Of a DNA stretch of 64,000 bases, positions 1-23,688 are shown piece by piece. The stretch lies in the NCBI RefSeq assembly GCF_009914755.1, contig NC_060939.1; one strand, 5' to 3'. Both the position numbers and the translations under genes were made by a program. The notes below the pieces were generated by a model. It was not told the origin of the DNA and did not search any database. It saw nothing but the letters and a program-made list of their open reading frames with translations. The stretch is from the human T2T-CHM13v2.0 reference genome, Homo sapiens. How positions within the stretch are numbered: the first letter of the stretch is position 1; every line of letters starts with the position of its first letter.

Positions 1-1102
1 CCACTGCACTCCAGTCTGGGTGACAGAGTGGGACCCTGTCTCTATTAAAAAACAAACAAACAAAAATCTATAACTTCAGAGGGAGTAGGAAAAGGAATTT
101 TATTTTTAGCCAGCTGGGCATGGTGGGAGGCTCCTGTAGTCACAGCTACTTAGGAGGCTGAGGTGTGCCTGAGCCCAGGAGTTTGAGACCAGCCTGAGCA
201 ACATAGTGAAACCCCATCTCTAAATCAAGGAAAGAGAATTTTTGCATAGGATGAGGACTTGAGTAGAAGGCCTGGACATGAGGTAACTCATGGAAGGACT
301 GTTTTTTTGTTGCTGTTTTATTTTTTTGTTTTGCTTTGTTTTTTGTTTTATTCACAACTGAGAAATTGTTAAGATATTAACAAATCCTAGTCCAGATTCA
401 GGGACACTGGGGAGAAAACCCTGACTATTTTTTGTTTGTTTGCTTTTTAACTAACTACCTTCCTTCCACTCCAAAAACAAACCCAACTATATATTAATCA
501 TTCCCCGCTTTTGAGTATTTTATAATCAAGCCTATAATTGTTTGAAGGACAAATCAGCTCTTTTATTACACTACGTGTCACTCATTTTGTGAACAGTTGT
601 CCCAGTTCTTAAGTACATAGTTTATAACAACCTATGTGTTTGTATAGGATGATTGTTAATTATCATCATCAAAAACATTCACATGTCTATATATATCCAC
701 ACAAGTAGGCATTTACAAAGGAAATTCCAAAGACATATTCCCTTTCCTCAATCAGCCAATAATAACATTGACCCAAGACAATTAGTTTATGTGATAGATT
801 TCTTGTTTCTCATTTTTATTCCTAAACCCCATCTCAGACCATGAAACCTCAAAAGGAATTGTGTAGGATCATATACCTTATTGGTACTCGATAAATGATG
901 ATCAACTGTTGTTATTCCATTCGTCTTCATAATTTTCTCATATTATAAAAAAGACAGTCATTTATTTATATGAGTACTTGCCTTTAATCCTGTTTTATCC
1001 TAAGCTGTAGAGTCTCTGCAGGAACCAACCACCTTAATCTTTATTAAAAACAGGGCTCATTCAGGGTAGAAGCTCAGAGAACTTATAATTTTTTTGTTTT
1101 AC

Positions 1103-1700
<598 letters not shown>

Positions 1701-1937
1701 AAAAAAACTGGTTATTTACTAAAAGACCTTCATGTGAAAGTTACATAGAATACTTTTTCTCCTGGGCCAGGTGTGGTGACTCACACCTGTAATCCCAGAA
1801 CTTTGAGAGGCTCAGGTGAGAGGACTGCTTGAGTTAAGGAGTTCAAGACCAGCCTGGGCAACATAGTGAAACCCCCATCTCTACTAAAAATGAAAAAGTT
1901 AGCTGGGCATAATAGTGTATGCCTATAGTCCCAGCTA

Positions 1938-2084
<147 letters not shown>

Positions 2085-2136
2085 CTAATCTCTCTCTCTC
2101 TCTCTCTCTGTGTGCTGTCTTCTCGGTTTGCAACAG

Positions 2137-2191
2137 TCACAGCAGCTATGTTACAACCACAGAACAAGGTTTTGCAACAGTATGGCCTTGA
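2137..2191 (+). CDS. Candidate terminal coding exon fragment (..HSSYVTTTEQGFATVWP*) of an unidentified gene
   Basis: Long CT-rich tract 2074-2125, then caacAG at 2131-2136; open frame 2138-2188 ending TGA 2189-2191; followed by 2.3 kb free of recognisable interspersed repeats. Protein not recognised. Confidence 0.4.
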
Positions 2192-4523
2192 AATAGAATA
2201 CTGCCCAGTTGAAAACTTAAGCAATCAAAATGGAATATATGAAACAATGCCTGCTAGACTTCATGTGTTGCTTCTTATTAAGGAAAGCTATTGCCTTTTT
2301 CAGGAGAATGTTACTCTTTAAGTGGCAGTTTACCCTCTTTATATCAGAGTTCTCAATTGCTGTACTATTCAGACATAGCAGTGCAACTAAGACATAATCC
2401 TGTTGTCTAAAGTGTTACTTTAGTCACTAAAATGCAGCTTCAGAAAATGTATGTGTGCAACTACTTGGTAAAAGTCATTGGTAAAAACTTACTGTAAATG
2501 TCTACGTACCTGCACTCCATCAGCATGTGAATTTAACAGCTGCAATAGTGCTCTGAAGCCAAAGCCTGTTTGTCAAAAATGTGTTAATCTCTTTCTCTCT
2601 CATTTTTTTTTTCAAGAGGCCTCATTACTCAGGCCCCAGATGACTTGCTTGGGTTTCAAAGTGTTTTCTTTTTCCTCAGTTTTGATTCTGATATGAAATT
2701 GAAATGATAAATAGCAGCATGTGGGCCACCCTGATACACTGAAAATTCTCCTTAGGCTACACATGGTTCATGATAACTGTGTAATATGCTGCCATTAGTA
2801 CTGCTTATCTGGCCATCTCAAAATATTGTGTAAACACAGCATATCAACTCAAGGCCAGCCTAATGGGAGTAACTCTTCCACATTTTCTCCATTCCTACAT
2901 GCATAAGGTTATTTTTAATGTGGAAACTTGAAGAATTTTTTTAAAGTTTTTTTTTCAGCAATTGTGGGTAGATTGCCCACCTTCTTATAAATGTCACACG
3001 CCGGTGGCCAACAGTTCAGTAATAGGGCTTTCCTAACCACACACAGTGCATCCAGCCAATCATCAGTCTCATGCTCTATCAAATAGTTTTAATCGTGTGA
3101 CTGGGGGCACTATTTTAGGACAATTAGGTGAAACTGAACCCTCAGAATAAGCACGATTCTGGGGCAATATAGAATACCAGTTTCCTTTGCTCTTTTTTTT
3201 TTTTTTCTATACAAGATTTTTGGTTTCTTGACTGGTTGGAATAACTTACTTTAGGTGATCTTGGCATTGGTTGAATTTTTCTATAAATTAAGATTTGTGT
3301 TAAGTAGTTTAATGGAAAGTCATGTACCGAATAAGCTGTTATAAGCACTCTTAAATCCTTCCTTATATAGCACTTGAAGCTGTGAGGAGTTACATAAAAT
3401 TGTCTTCACTTAATCTATTTTGATTCATAGTTAATGAAAAGTGATTGTTCACTTGTTACATATAACAGGACCAAAGGATGGTGAAAATTTGACCTGAAAA
3501 GTGAAGAATCTCTTGCATTTGTGACAGTGTCTATATAATACAAAGAAAAGTGAAGATTTGATGTGTACTCAGTTCTAGTTATTTTGAGAAATGGGGAAAA
3601 TTAGTCTGGACTTTGTGGTCTAAATTATTTCATTTGGATTGGTCTCTTTGGGTTTGACTCTTTACATTAAAAAAAATACTATTGCTTAAAAAAAATACTA
3701 TTGCTCAAAAAAATGGCAGTGTGTCCATGTTGCTGATTCTCATCAGAAAAAGAAAGCAAATGAAAGCAACTATTGAAGTCTCCAGCAAGAATAAACAACC
3801 ATGTATATTCCTCTTACATGCATTACAGAGCAAACGTAGTCATTCAACTTGCAGGAAAGAATCACACATTATGATTTTCATTTTGTTTTTCCCAGATTGA
3901 GGGAAAACTTTGTTTGGAAGTTTACCTGCATTTTAAAGCCCATTAATAAAAAGGATCTGGAGTTCAACTCTTATGAAGCTCACTATGATTCTTTAGCTAA
4001 AAGTTTCTTGGCTTAGCCTTAGACTTATGATTCAGATTATTCTCGGTCTGCTGGCTTAGTTCAGAAACCAAGCACCCTGTACAACTCTGAATTAGAAGTC
4101 ACAAAAAAACCCACTACTTTTCTTAACTACATGTATTTTATAAGAAGATTACGCCTTCTAAAATTAGCTCTATGATGGCAAAACAGCTGGATGAAAAGGG
4201 AAAAATTCAGAGACTTGTTTTGCTGTTTTAGACATAAAATTCAACCACCTCTTTGATTCTTAATCTCCATATGTTTTACAGTTTTATAAGACACACAGAA
4301 CTGTGGTACATATGTATTTGAGTGTGATATGTATGGATTTTTTATTTGCTGCTACATATTAGCAATCTAAAAATAGAAATACTTTTCATTTTTAAATAAT
4401 GGGGTTTCGTGCATAATCTTGTAAGAATGAGAATTGAACTTTTTTTTTTTTAGCAAGTTTGCCTTTTGCCAAAAGATACTGTCAGAGACCCTGACATTGT
4501 ATTTTTACCCAGTCTGAAAATCT
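2192..4523 (+). other. Putative 3'UTR-like unique block
   Basis: One of the longest repeat-free stretches in an Alu-saturated window; AT/U-rich; AATAAA near 3945. Confidence 0.4.
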
Positions 4524-4526
4524 TTG

Positions 4527-5054
<528 letters not shown>

Positions 5055-5295
5055 TTAATTTTTTTTTTTTGCAAATGCAGAGAGTATTGAAACCACTGCC
5101 ACAATCAAGACATGAACACACTCCATGAAAATTCTCTTGTGCTACCTACCCCTTTGTGATTGAACCCCCACCCCACCCCCAAGCCCAGGCAATCACTTAT
5201 CTGTTCTCTGCTCCTATAGTTTTACCTTTTCCAGAATGTCATATAAATGGAATAGTACAATATGTAGTCTTTTGAATCTGGCTTCTTTCACTTAG

Positions 5296-6062
<767 letters not shown>

Positions 6063-6158
6063 TGAACTCCTGACGTTGTGATCCCCCCATCTCAGCCTCC
6101 CAAAGTACTGGGTTTACAGGTGTGAGCCACTGTGCCTGGCCTAAAAATATATTTTTTA

Positions 6159-6867
<709 letters not shown>

Positions 6868-6990
6868 TGAGCCACTGCTCCTGGCCTCATTCCTTTTTTA
6901 TTACTCTTGGCATTTCATCATATGGATGTGCTACAGTTTATCCATTCACCAGTTGAGGGACATCTGGGCTATTTCCAGGTTTTGGTTATG

Positions 6991-9208
<2,218 letters not shown>

Positions 9209-9534
9209 TAAGCTGGTCTTGAACTCCTGACCTCAATGATCCACCTGCCTCGGCCTCCCAAAGTGCTGGGATTACAGGCATAATACAAAATTTTTGTTTT
9301 GATGAAATCCAAATTGTCAGCTTTGCTTCTATGGATCATGTTTTTGATATTCTATCTAATAACTCTTTGCCTAACCCAAAGTTGCATATATATTTTTCCT
9401 ATATTTTATTCTAAAAGTTTTATTTGAGTCTATGATGCATTTTGAGTTTATTTTTTGTATCAGTCTTTGTCTTTTAATTGGATAATTTAATTCTTTTATA
9501 TTTAATGTAATTGCTGATATATTTGAATTTGTAA

Positions 9535-9753
<219 letters not shown>

Positions 9754-10018
9754 TAGCCAGGATGGTCTCGATCTCCTGACCTCGTGATCTGCCCGCCTCG
9801 GCCTCCCAAAGTGCTGGGATTACAGGCATGAGCCATCGCGCCCAGCTACCATCATCCTATTTTGTGCTTTCTGCATGTTCCTTCTGTTCTAGTTTACTTT
9901 CCTTCTTTGCTTTCTTTTGAATTATTTTCTTTTTCATTTCAACTTTTCCTCCTCTACTAGTTTGCAATTTATACTCAGTTTTTGCTTTCTTTTCATGGCT
10001 CATCAACAGTGCTATTTA

Positions 10019-10289
<271 letters not shown>

Positions 10290-10730
10290 TCAGGGCGATA
10301 GAGTGAGACCCTGTCTAAAAAAAAAAAAAAAAAAAAAAGAAAAATGAAAAGAAAAAGCATGGTCTTAAATAATTAGTATCAAGCTGGGAGCTTGTTATAA
10401 ATATAAATTGTTAGGCCTTCCCCCAGACCTTTTAAATCCTGCTTGTTTTTTTTTTGAAATAAAGGTCTCACTCTCTTGCCCAGGCTGGAGTACAGTGGTG
10501 TCATCAGGACTCACTGCAGCCTCAAACTCCGTGAGTCAAGGGAGTCACTACACCCAGCCAGGATCAGTTTCTTAAGTACATTCTTTAGAACTTCCTTTTA
10601 TGAATATTGTGGAAGCAAAATCTCTCACTTAATTTGCCTTAAATGCCTGTTTTTCATCTTCCTTTTTGAACTTTTTATTTATTTATTTATTTATTCTTTT
10701 TTTGAGATGGATTCTTGCTCTGTGGGCTAG

Positions 10731-10904
<174 letters not shown>

Positions 10905-11225
10905 TAAACTCCTGACCTCAAGTGATTCACCCACCTCGGCCTCCCAAAGTGCTAGGATTACAGGCATGAGCCACTGTGCCTGGCCAAAAGCTATTTTTTG
11001 AGGGGTAAAATTCTAAGTTCGCACTTATTTTTTTCTCTTGTGAAGTCAGCAGTCAATCAGCTTCTGAGATCATTTGTCTCTGGTATGCTGTTGTTTCACT
11101 ATGTTGTGTTTAACTGAAAATACTTTTTTTTTCAATCCTGGTTGAAATTCAGTGGACTTCTTAAATCTGTGTTTTTAAACAGATTGGTCCTAAAAATTTC
11201 TTAGCTACTGTCTCTTCAAATATTA

Positions 11226-11369
<144 letters not shown>

Positions 11370-11376
11370 TTAGCTA

Positions 11377-11511
<135 letters not shown>

Positions 11512-11843
11512 TTAACTTAAAAAAAAAAAAAATTACTTCTTTACCATTTTCTCTCTCCTTGCCCTCCAGAACTCCAAATTTATCAATACATGTTAGTTTG
11601 TCTTAATTTATCCTCCATATCTATTTACTGCTCTTTCATGTTTCCCTTCTTCTTGTCTTTCTTTACTGAAGGCTGGATAATTTTCTATTGTCATATCATT
11701 CAGTTCGTTTATTTTTCTGTTCACTTGTATGTAATCTGAGGTTAAACTTGTCCATTATTTTATTCATTTCATTTCTAGAAGTTCTATTTTTTAAAACTAT
11801 TAGGCTATTTTCTATAGTTTCCTGTTTTAAATAGGTATTTTCT

Positions 11844-12127
11844 GTTCCTTTTTTTTTTTTTTTTTTTTTGAGACAGGTTCTCACTCTGTCACCCAGACTG
11901 GAGTGCACCCTCGACCTCCTTGGGCTCAAGCGTTCCTCCCACCTCAGCACCCCAAGTAGCTGGGACTACAGGCATGTGCCACCACACCTGGCTAATTTTT
12001 GTATTTTTGGTAGAGATGGGGTTTCACCATGTTGCCCAGGATGGTCTGGAACTCCTGGGCTCAAGCAATCCTCTTGCCTTGGCCTCCCATAGTACTGTGA
12101 TTAAAGGAGTGAGCCACCATGTCAGCC
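11844..12127 (-). mobile_element. Old (AluJ-like) Alu sharing its target site with the HNRNPA1 retrocopy
   Basis: Flanked by ttaaataggtattttct at 11827-11843 and 12128-12144. Confidence 0.88.
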
Positions 12128-12261
12128 TTAAATAGGTATTTTCTTTCTTCTTTTTTTTTTTGTCAAGAGAATTAAATCGTTTATTGATTACACATGATAA
12201 TGGATGACACACAAACTTCATTCCCATCTATAATTTTATCTGGTACCATTATTCAATTTAG

Positions 12262-12598
<337 letters not shown>

Positions 12599-12694
12599 GC
12601 CAACAATCATTTCTATAACCAATAATTCCATGATTTTGCTTGAGTAATCCCTTTTAATGATGAACTTCAGGTCACAACAGTAACTATCAGTTCA

Positions 12695-13310
<616 letters not shown>

Positions 13311-13692
13311 TCAGAGTAGACTAACTTTACACAGCACTTTAAAAAAAAAAAAAGACACATTTATTGAGTGTCATGATCAGACTATTACATTTAGCAATGA
13401 ACAGCATGGGTGCAAAAAAAAAAAAAAATCTACATTAAAACCCTTTGTTGGAATGCTTTATACTTTCCACAGAAGAGAAACTAAAATAAGCTGTTATGCA
13501 TAATTAGTCACAAATACAGTCCTTGAGTTTTTTGCCCATCCACATGAGTATTTGTCTAAAATATGTCTTCTTTGTAGCAGCTGGGCCCTGCCACCACGGT
13601 ACTTGGCTGAGTTGATGAATCTATTGTAAGCTGTAGCTCCACTGGGTCACTTCTCTGGCTCTCCTCTCCTGCTAAGCTTTGTTTCCTAATTA

Positions 13693-14136
<444 letters not shown>

Positions 14137-14139
14137 TTA

Positions 14140-14871
<732 letters not shown>

Positions 14872-15911
14872 TCAACCCTCCAGTGAAGAGCTTCCTCTGC
14901 TGTTCTGGTTCTTTAGGAAACTCCGCCTTAGACATGATGGCAGGGGGAAGAGAGACTTTAACGATGCTCCCTCCGTGGGGTTCATGAGCCTAATAAATAG
15001 GTATTTTCTACTTTGTATTTTTTTTTTTCTTAAATAAGTAAAATGGTGACCAGGCACGGTGGCTCATGCCTGTAATCCCAGCATTTTGGGAGGCTGAGGA
15101 GTGTGGATCACCTGAGGTCGGGAGTTCGAGGCCAGCCTGACCAAAGTGGAGGAACCCCATCTCTACTAAAAATACAAAAGTAGCCAGGCGTGGTGGTGCA
15201 TGACTACTCCCAGCTACTCCAGAGGCTGAGGCAGGAGAATCGCTTGAACCCAGGAGGTGGAGGTTGCTGTGAGCCAAGATCGCGCCATTGCACCCAGCCT
15301 GGGCAACAAGAGCAAAACTCTGTCTCAAAAAAAAAAAAAAAGAAGTAAAATGTTTTTTTCACCTTGTATGTGTGATAATTTAAATTTCTCAAATATTTGT
15401 AGATGTTTTCCATTTAATTCTATTGTATGTGATTTCTTCTTTCTTCTGGTTTTCATTTATATAGTAGCATTTCTTTGAGTGCTTAATGTTTGTTACTGTG
15501 AGCTGCTCAATTTTCTTAGAAAATAATTTGTGAGTTATTGAGGTACCTTCCTCCAGAGAAGATTTGTATTTGTTTCTTCCACGCACCTGGGGCCTGCCTA
15601 CTCAACTTAGAGTAATAGCTTGAGGCTTTTATGAACCTGTTTTGGCTGTAGATCATCACAAGTCAGTCTTTCAGTGACAGTATTTTTTAGTACTTAGTTC
15701 TACTTAGTTCCACAGGAACTTTTTGTGCAGTACCCTGAGGATGAATGGATATGCTGGTTTTCATCTCCACCTAAAGGGTCCAAGCTTTATTGGGAGAATG
15801 GTCTCCAATGGGATTCTCCAAGCCCTCGGCTTTACCTTGTCTCTGGAACCATTGTGAAGCCCAAGCTGCAGTTCACCAGGTTGAGCAAATGCCCTTAGGG
15901 CAAAGTGATCT

Positions 15912-16005
15912 CAGGGCCATAGCATCAAACAACCCCAAGAGCATCATTTAGGTGAATAGAATCCAAATGGTGCCTCCTGGTGTTGTACACCTGGACAGTG
16001 TTGTC
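15912..16005. mobile_element. Degenerate MER91-like hairpin DNA element
   Basis: caaccccaagagcatcatt ... aatggtgcctcctggtgttgtaca imperfect inverted arms. Confidence 0.45.
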
Positions 16006-17139
16006 CACTTACCTGTCTGGATTCCTTCTTCACTTCTCTTTGACCTAATAATTTCTTTCTTTCTTGCCCATGCTCAATGCTTCTAAGAGGTTTAAGATTT
16101 TTTTTAATTCAGCCTTTTTAATTGTTTCCAGTGGGAGGTGCAGTGTGAATTCCTAGCCTGCCATATACCTGGAAACAGAGCTCTCAAAACTCAACTTGAT
16201 ATACCCTACGATTTATAAAAATATCTGATAGCCCAATTTGTTCAATTCATAATTACCTTTTTTTTTCTGGCACCAAAGCTTTAATTAGGAATAGTTTGAT
16301 GGAATCAGAAAGAATCCATAATCCGTGGTACTTAACTCTTCCCTCAATGAATATTGCTAACAAATGTATGGATTTACATTGAAATACCAAAGTAGCTCAA
16401 AGATCTCATAGTGACCACAATTTTTAAAATAGTGACCACATTTTAAAATGTTTCTCAGAAAATGAGTATGTTAAACCAAAATCATGTGTGTCACTTGCAT
16501 GGAAAGTGCTGTGTCTCCATAGTTACACTAAAACATAACAAGTACAAAGGGGAAATGTCTCTTGGTGGTTGATAAGCTAAACGGAAGTGAGTCTTGTTCT
16601 ACTATAATACTAGAAATGTTTTTAAACTTTCGCTCAAGGATGGAGGGTTTCATATCCTTCTGTATTACCCCTTGCTAAAACATAAGTAAGCATAGTTATG
16701 GAAAAAACACATGGGCAGTCATTGCTAAGACTCAGTGTATTGATGTCGTGTAGAAAAACATGATACAGAGATCTGTTTTTGTGGTTTATTTAATTGTCTT
16801 TGTTGTTTATAGTATTTGCTCTGAAGTATAACTCTATAAAATTTTAACAAAGACAAAGACAATCTGTCTTAGCCCAATATTAGCCCTATTCCCCACTTGG
16901 GAAAAAGTATTTTATAACACATATCAAATCAGCCTTGGAGACCATAGCATCCAATTATGCCTAGAGTGTACTAGATATTCGATAAGTGTTTGTTGAGTCA
17001 ATTACTTAATGGACAATATATAATGGGTTGTTGTAAATAAAGCAGAGCAGTGACTAAAATGTTGACTTGGTCATATTGTGGGAGCATTAAAGAAGGAAAA
17101 CGCCTGGGATTCAATGCCCATTCTAGGGCTGTCTGGTGC

Positions 17140-17645
17140 TATGGCTCTGGGTAATCCATAACCACCCGGGGCCCCAGTTTCTTCATTACTTGCCCTGTTC
17201 TTTGGTCAGACTGCACAGTCACTCCCTGTACATGCAGCATAATTTCCCAGTTCAGGGTCCTTGTCCTTATGGTTATCTAAAATGCCCTTGCCCCATCCGC
17301 TGTATGACTAAACCTATCTAGTCATGATATCCTACTTCTTTTAATCCTTCTAGTATAAATACTCTCCCACCAAGCTTCCTTGACACCACCCTGACTAGAA
17401 GCTAACTTTTCCTCTGAGCTTTTTGAATAGCATCTTTTTTCTTTTAACTCAAATGGTGTCATTTTTAATACTTTATAGCTTATATTATGATCTTTTATGT
17501 AGATATCCATACTATACTGCTTCTTTGCTAGACTGAATGTTCATAAGGGTAGAACCCATGCTTGCTATATTTTTGTAGTTCTCCATAACACCTAGCAAAA
17601 TACATTAAAGATTATATGTGCTCAGTAAATATCTGTTGAATCTGA
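17140..17645. mobile_element. L2 remnant
   Basis: ctagactgaatgttcataagggtagaacc...gtgctcagtaaatatctgttgaat resembles the L2 3' end. Confidence 0.7.
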
Positions 17646-17668
17646 ATATAGAGCATAATAATGCTTTT

Positions 17669-18458
<790 letters not shown>

Positions 18459-19177
18459 TAGCTTGAGGCCATTTATACCTTGTAGACCAATGATTGTGGA
18501 GCATTAATGGGGAATGCTGGATATAAATAAGGAAAATTGCATAAGCTATTTATCCATTAGTGGGAGAAGAAAAGAAAATACTTGGGTGGATCAGATCCCA
18601 TTTCAAAGCAGAGATGAAAGTGAAATTGAAGCAAGAGTAGAAAGCAACAAGAGCAACATAGGTTGGTTATTCTATTTTGGTCATTTAAGAAAGTTCTTTT
18701 CTCAACTGCCTGTTTTTAGACTATGCATACCTGTGTATAGCTAACATAGTATGTACCTAGTTTTGACAGATTCCCTGAGGACTTGAGCCAGAAGATGAAT
18801 TGCATCTTTAGAATATGGTCAATAATTTCACAGACATAGTGTTGAGTGAAAGAAAACAAATACAATACATGCTGTCTGATTCTATTAATATGAAGTTCAA
18901 AAACAGGCAAAACTAAATTGTGGTGATAAAAGTCAAAACAGTGGTTATCCCTAGAGGGTGCTGACTAGTATAGGGCACAGAGATTCTTCAGAGGTGCTAG
19001 TAACAATCTATATGTTGAACTGAGTGGTGTTACATGATACATACACATGTAAAAATATTTTGAGTTGTCCACTTAGAAGTTATGCACTTTGGCCAGGCTC
19101 GGTGGCTCGCGCCTGTAATCCCAGCACTTTGGGAGGCCGAGGCAGGCGCATCACCTGAGGTCAGGAGTTCGAGACTA

Positions 19178-19707
<530 letters not shown>

Positions 19708-20232
19708 TTACTGTAGGTAAGTTATATCTCAATTTAAAAAAAGAATCCAAATTGCCTTCTGTATCCCTGATGAACACGTAAAGGATAGATTGGAGCTATG
19801 CAGTGTGTTTCCTGGAAAAATAAAGCAGACTTTTTAAAATTCCAGAGTTTTCTCCAGGAACCTGTGACCAGATGGCTCTTATAAATAATACATCAAAATA
19901 TGGTTAGGACTAGAAGAATTCAGGATGTGTGATAAAAAGAAAACAACCAATGATCATATAGTTTACTCTTTTTGGCTTTCATTGCAATTTTCTGGAAGAG
20001 TCAGGATTGCTAATAAATGGTCGTGCAGCAAGAATGGAATAAGTCCTGCAGCATGAGGGTAATTGCTGGCTGTGAAACCTTCAATAACTTTCAGGCTTTC
20101 TGGGCACTGGATGCTTCCTCTGCTAAATGGAAAAATATTTTACCCGCTCGAAGATAGGGGAAAGGATCAAGTGATCTCTTAAGGCTCTTTCCAGCTTGTA
20201 AAATCTTTGGCTTGGCCGGGTGCAGTGGCTCA

Positions 20233-20622
<390 letters not shown>

Positions 20623-20625
20623 TCA

Positions 20626-21018
<393 letters not shown>

Positions 21019-21854
21019 CTAATAATACTTAAAAAAAAAAGAAAAAGTAAAAGAAAAAAAAAGGTAAGGGAACAGTTTTAGACCCCAATCAAGGAAAGCA
21101 TTAATTATATGGTGAGTTTGTCTGTTATGAGTTCACATTTGCAGAGACTAAATCCATTGCAGAAAGTGGTATTTTGTAAAATATATGAGCAGAGAAGGAG
21201 CACTAGTCTAAGTTTGGCTCAAAATCTCACAGCTAGGTGGCTAGGCGCGGTGGCTCACTCCTGTAATCCTAGCACTTTGGGAGGCTCAGGCAGGTGGATC
21301 ACTTGAGCCCAGGAGTTTGAGACCAGTCTGGCTAGCATGGTGAAACCCCATCTCTTCTAAAAATATAAAAATTAGCCAAGTGTAGTGTGGCCCACTCCTG
21401 TAGTCCGAGCTACTTGAGGGCTGAGGTGGGAGGATCACTTGAACCCTGGAGGCAGAGGTTGGAGCCGAGATCGCACCATGATACTCTAGCCTGGGCGACA
21501 GAATGTGACTGTCTCAAAAACAAAAAACAAAAAAAAACCCTCACAGCTAGAAGAAACTGCATGGCATCATCTCTGCTTTCAACACCAGTAAGCAAGCGTC
21601 ATCTCTTCATCTCTATTTTCCTAAAGAGGCCAGTGAGGCTCCATGAGGCTAAATGACTTGCCTATGGTCACACAACTGGGAGAAGCACAGAGTGAAGAAA
21701 AAAACAGTTCTCAGGCTTCCAGCTAGCTGTATCCTCCACTGCACCATTCTGCCCCTTGTGGTTCCTTTCGGATTGACTTGAACTCCATGGAAGAGCCAGG
21801 GAGGCCTTCCACTGTGCTTCGTTTGAAAAGCAATTGAGAAAGTGGGAAGCTGGT

Positions 21855-22035
21855 GGAACTGGGAGTCAGAGGACCTGAGCCCCTCCAGTTATTAGTGACT
21901 GTGACCTTGGAAAATCATTTAACTTCTCTGAGATTCAATTTCCTCATCTGAAAATAGCACCTCCCCCTGTCACTGAAGCAGAGATCAATGAAAGTATTTG
22001 ATGAGAAAGTGCTGTGTAAATGGTAAACTAAACTA
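21855..22035 (+). mobile_element. MIR
   Basis: tgtgaccttggaaaatcatttaacttctctgagattcaatttcctcatctgaaa core. Confidence 0.8.
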
Positions 22036-23069
22036 TAGCTATTAAAATGGAGACATCTGGCCAGGGGCAGTTGCTCCTGCCTGTAATCCCAGCACTTTGG
22101 AAGGCTGAGGCGGGAGGATGAGCCCAGGAGTTTGAGACCAGCCTGGGCAGCATACTAAGACCCTGTCTTTTTTATTAAAAAAATAGATAATAGAAGATAA
22201 AATAGAGAAATTCGTGTCTACTTAGTGAATTAATGAATTAGTGATTAGAAAATAATGATACAAGAAATAGAAAATACAAAAGAAAAAAGAAAAGAATATA
22301 ATGATACAAGATAAAAATGCTCAATGGATACATGTTAACAGCAGGGCTATTAGCACACATAAAATAACGAATGAACCTGTAACAGAAGCGTCCTTTGTTT
22401 ATTTATCACAACAATCTAGCATAATACAATCACTTTTAATCTCTCTCAGGAACACTCCCTAATGTGTAGATTCTCGTTGTTAAAAGAACTTTTATGTGAG
22501 GACAAATGTCTCTATCTCCCTCCATACTTTGCATTATCAACCTTTTTACATTTGTGAACCCAAATGGGAAAAAAAATATTGTCCTATTGTTATTTTAATT
22601 TGCATTTTCCTGATTATAAGTGAGGTTTAGCATCTTTTCAACTTTTTATTGGAAATGTAAATTGATAAAGCTTTATGTAAGGCTAACAGACAGTACCAAG
22701 TAAAAAAAAAATTTTTTGGGGGGGTCACCCAGGCTGGAGTGCAGTTGCACAATCTTGGCTCCACTACAGCTGACAGCTCACTGCACGACTTCCCAGGTTG
22801 AAGCAATTCTCGTGCCTTAGGCTCCTGAGTAGCTGGAATTACAAGCACACACCACCATGCAGAGCTAATTTGCTATGTTGGCCAGGCTGGTCTCAAACTT
22901 CTGGACTCAAACAATCCACCTGCCTTGTCCTCCGAAGTGCTGGGATTACAGGTGTGAACCACCATGCCTGATGCTACAGTTGTGGGAAAAAAAATTTTTT
23001 TTTTAATTTTTCAGAGTTGCAAGATGAGTGAGTCCAGTTAAAGCTGAATTGATCTCATACCTGTCACTA

Positions 23070-23550
23070 TGAGAGAAGAGAGACAGACCCTCTCATATTG
23101 TTTTATATTGTTTTAATACTCAGAAAAGGATAGAGAAGCAAAACTAAAGGCAGGTAGCCTGGCACCTAGGAACCAGACCCAAAACCTAGGAACCAGACCC
23201 GAAACCAGGCCTGGGCCTGCCTGACCTAAGCCTAAAATTCGACCCCTGACCTAGCAACTGATGTTATCTATAGATTATAGAAAGACATTGTAAAACTTCC
23301 CGGTCTGTTCTGTTTCACTCTGACCACTGGTGCATGCAGCCCCTGTCACGTACCCCCTGCTTGCTCAATTGATCACAACCCTCTCACGCGGACCCCCTTA
23401 GAGTTGTGAGCTCTTAAAACGGACAGGAATTGCTCACTCAGGGAGTTCGGCTCTTGAGACAGGAGTCCTGCCGATGCTCCTGGCCGAATAAACCTCTTCC
23501 TTCTTTAACTCGGTGTCTGAGGAGTTTTGTCTGTGGCTTGTCCTGCTACA
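23070..23550 (+). mobile_element. Solo ERV1 LTR, LTR2 family (probably LTR2B)
   Basis: TG...CA ends, 4-bp TSD acta (23066-69 / 23551-54), AATAAA about 23487, characteristic end tgtctgtggcttgtcctgctaca, internal cctaggaaccagaccc repeat. Confidence 0.88.
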
Positions 23551-23624
23551 ACTAAAGTGAAGAGGGAAAAATATAGTAAAGAATCAAAATCATCTAAAAT
23601 ATCTATGTGTGTGTATATATGTAT

Positions 23625-23688
23625 CTATTTGTGTGTGTGTGTGTGTGTGTGCGTGTGTGTGTGTATATATATATATATGTATATATGT
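23625..23688 (+). repeat. (TG)n(TA)n microsatellite
   Basis: Direct reading. Confidence 0.95.

Noticed and set aside
16408-16448. Short tandem duplications (also about 3669-3706, 28611-28660 and 55283-55320)
   Set aside because: Ordinary slippage duplications of about 18-25 bp with no further structure
21748-21765. CTCF-like ccacaaggggcag on the - strand (also ccactaggtgtctc near 26791)
   Set aside because: Wrong spacing or several mismatches in the core; not supportable from sequence alone
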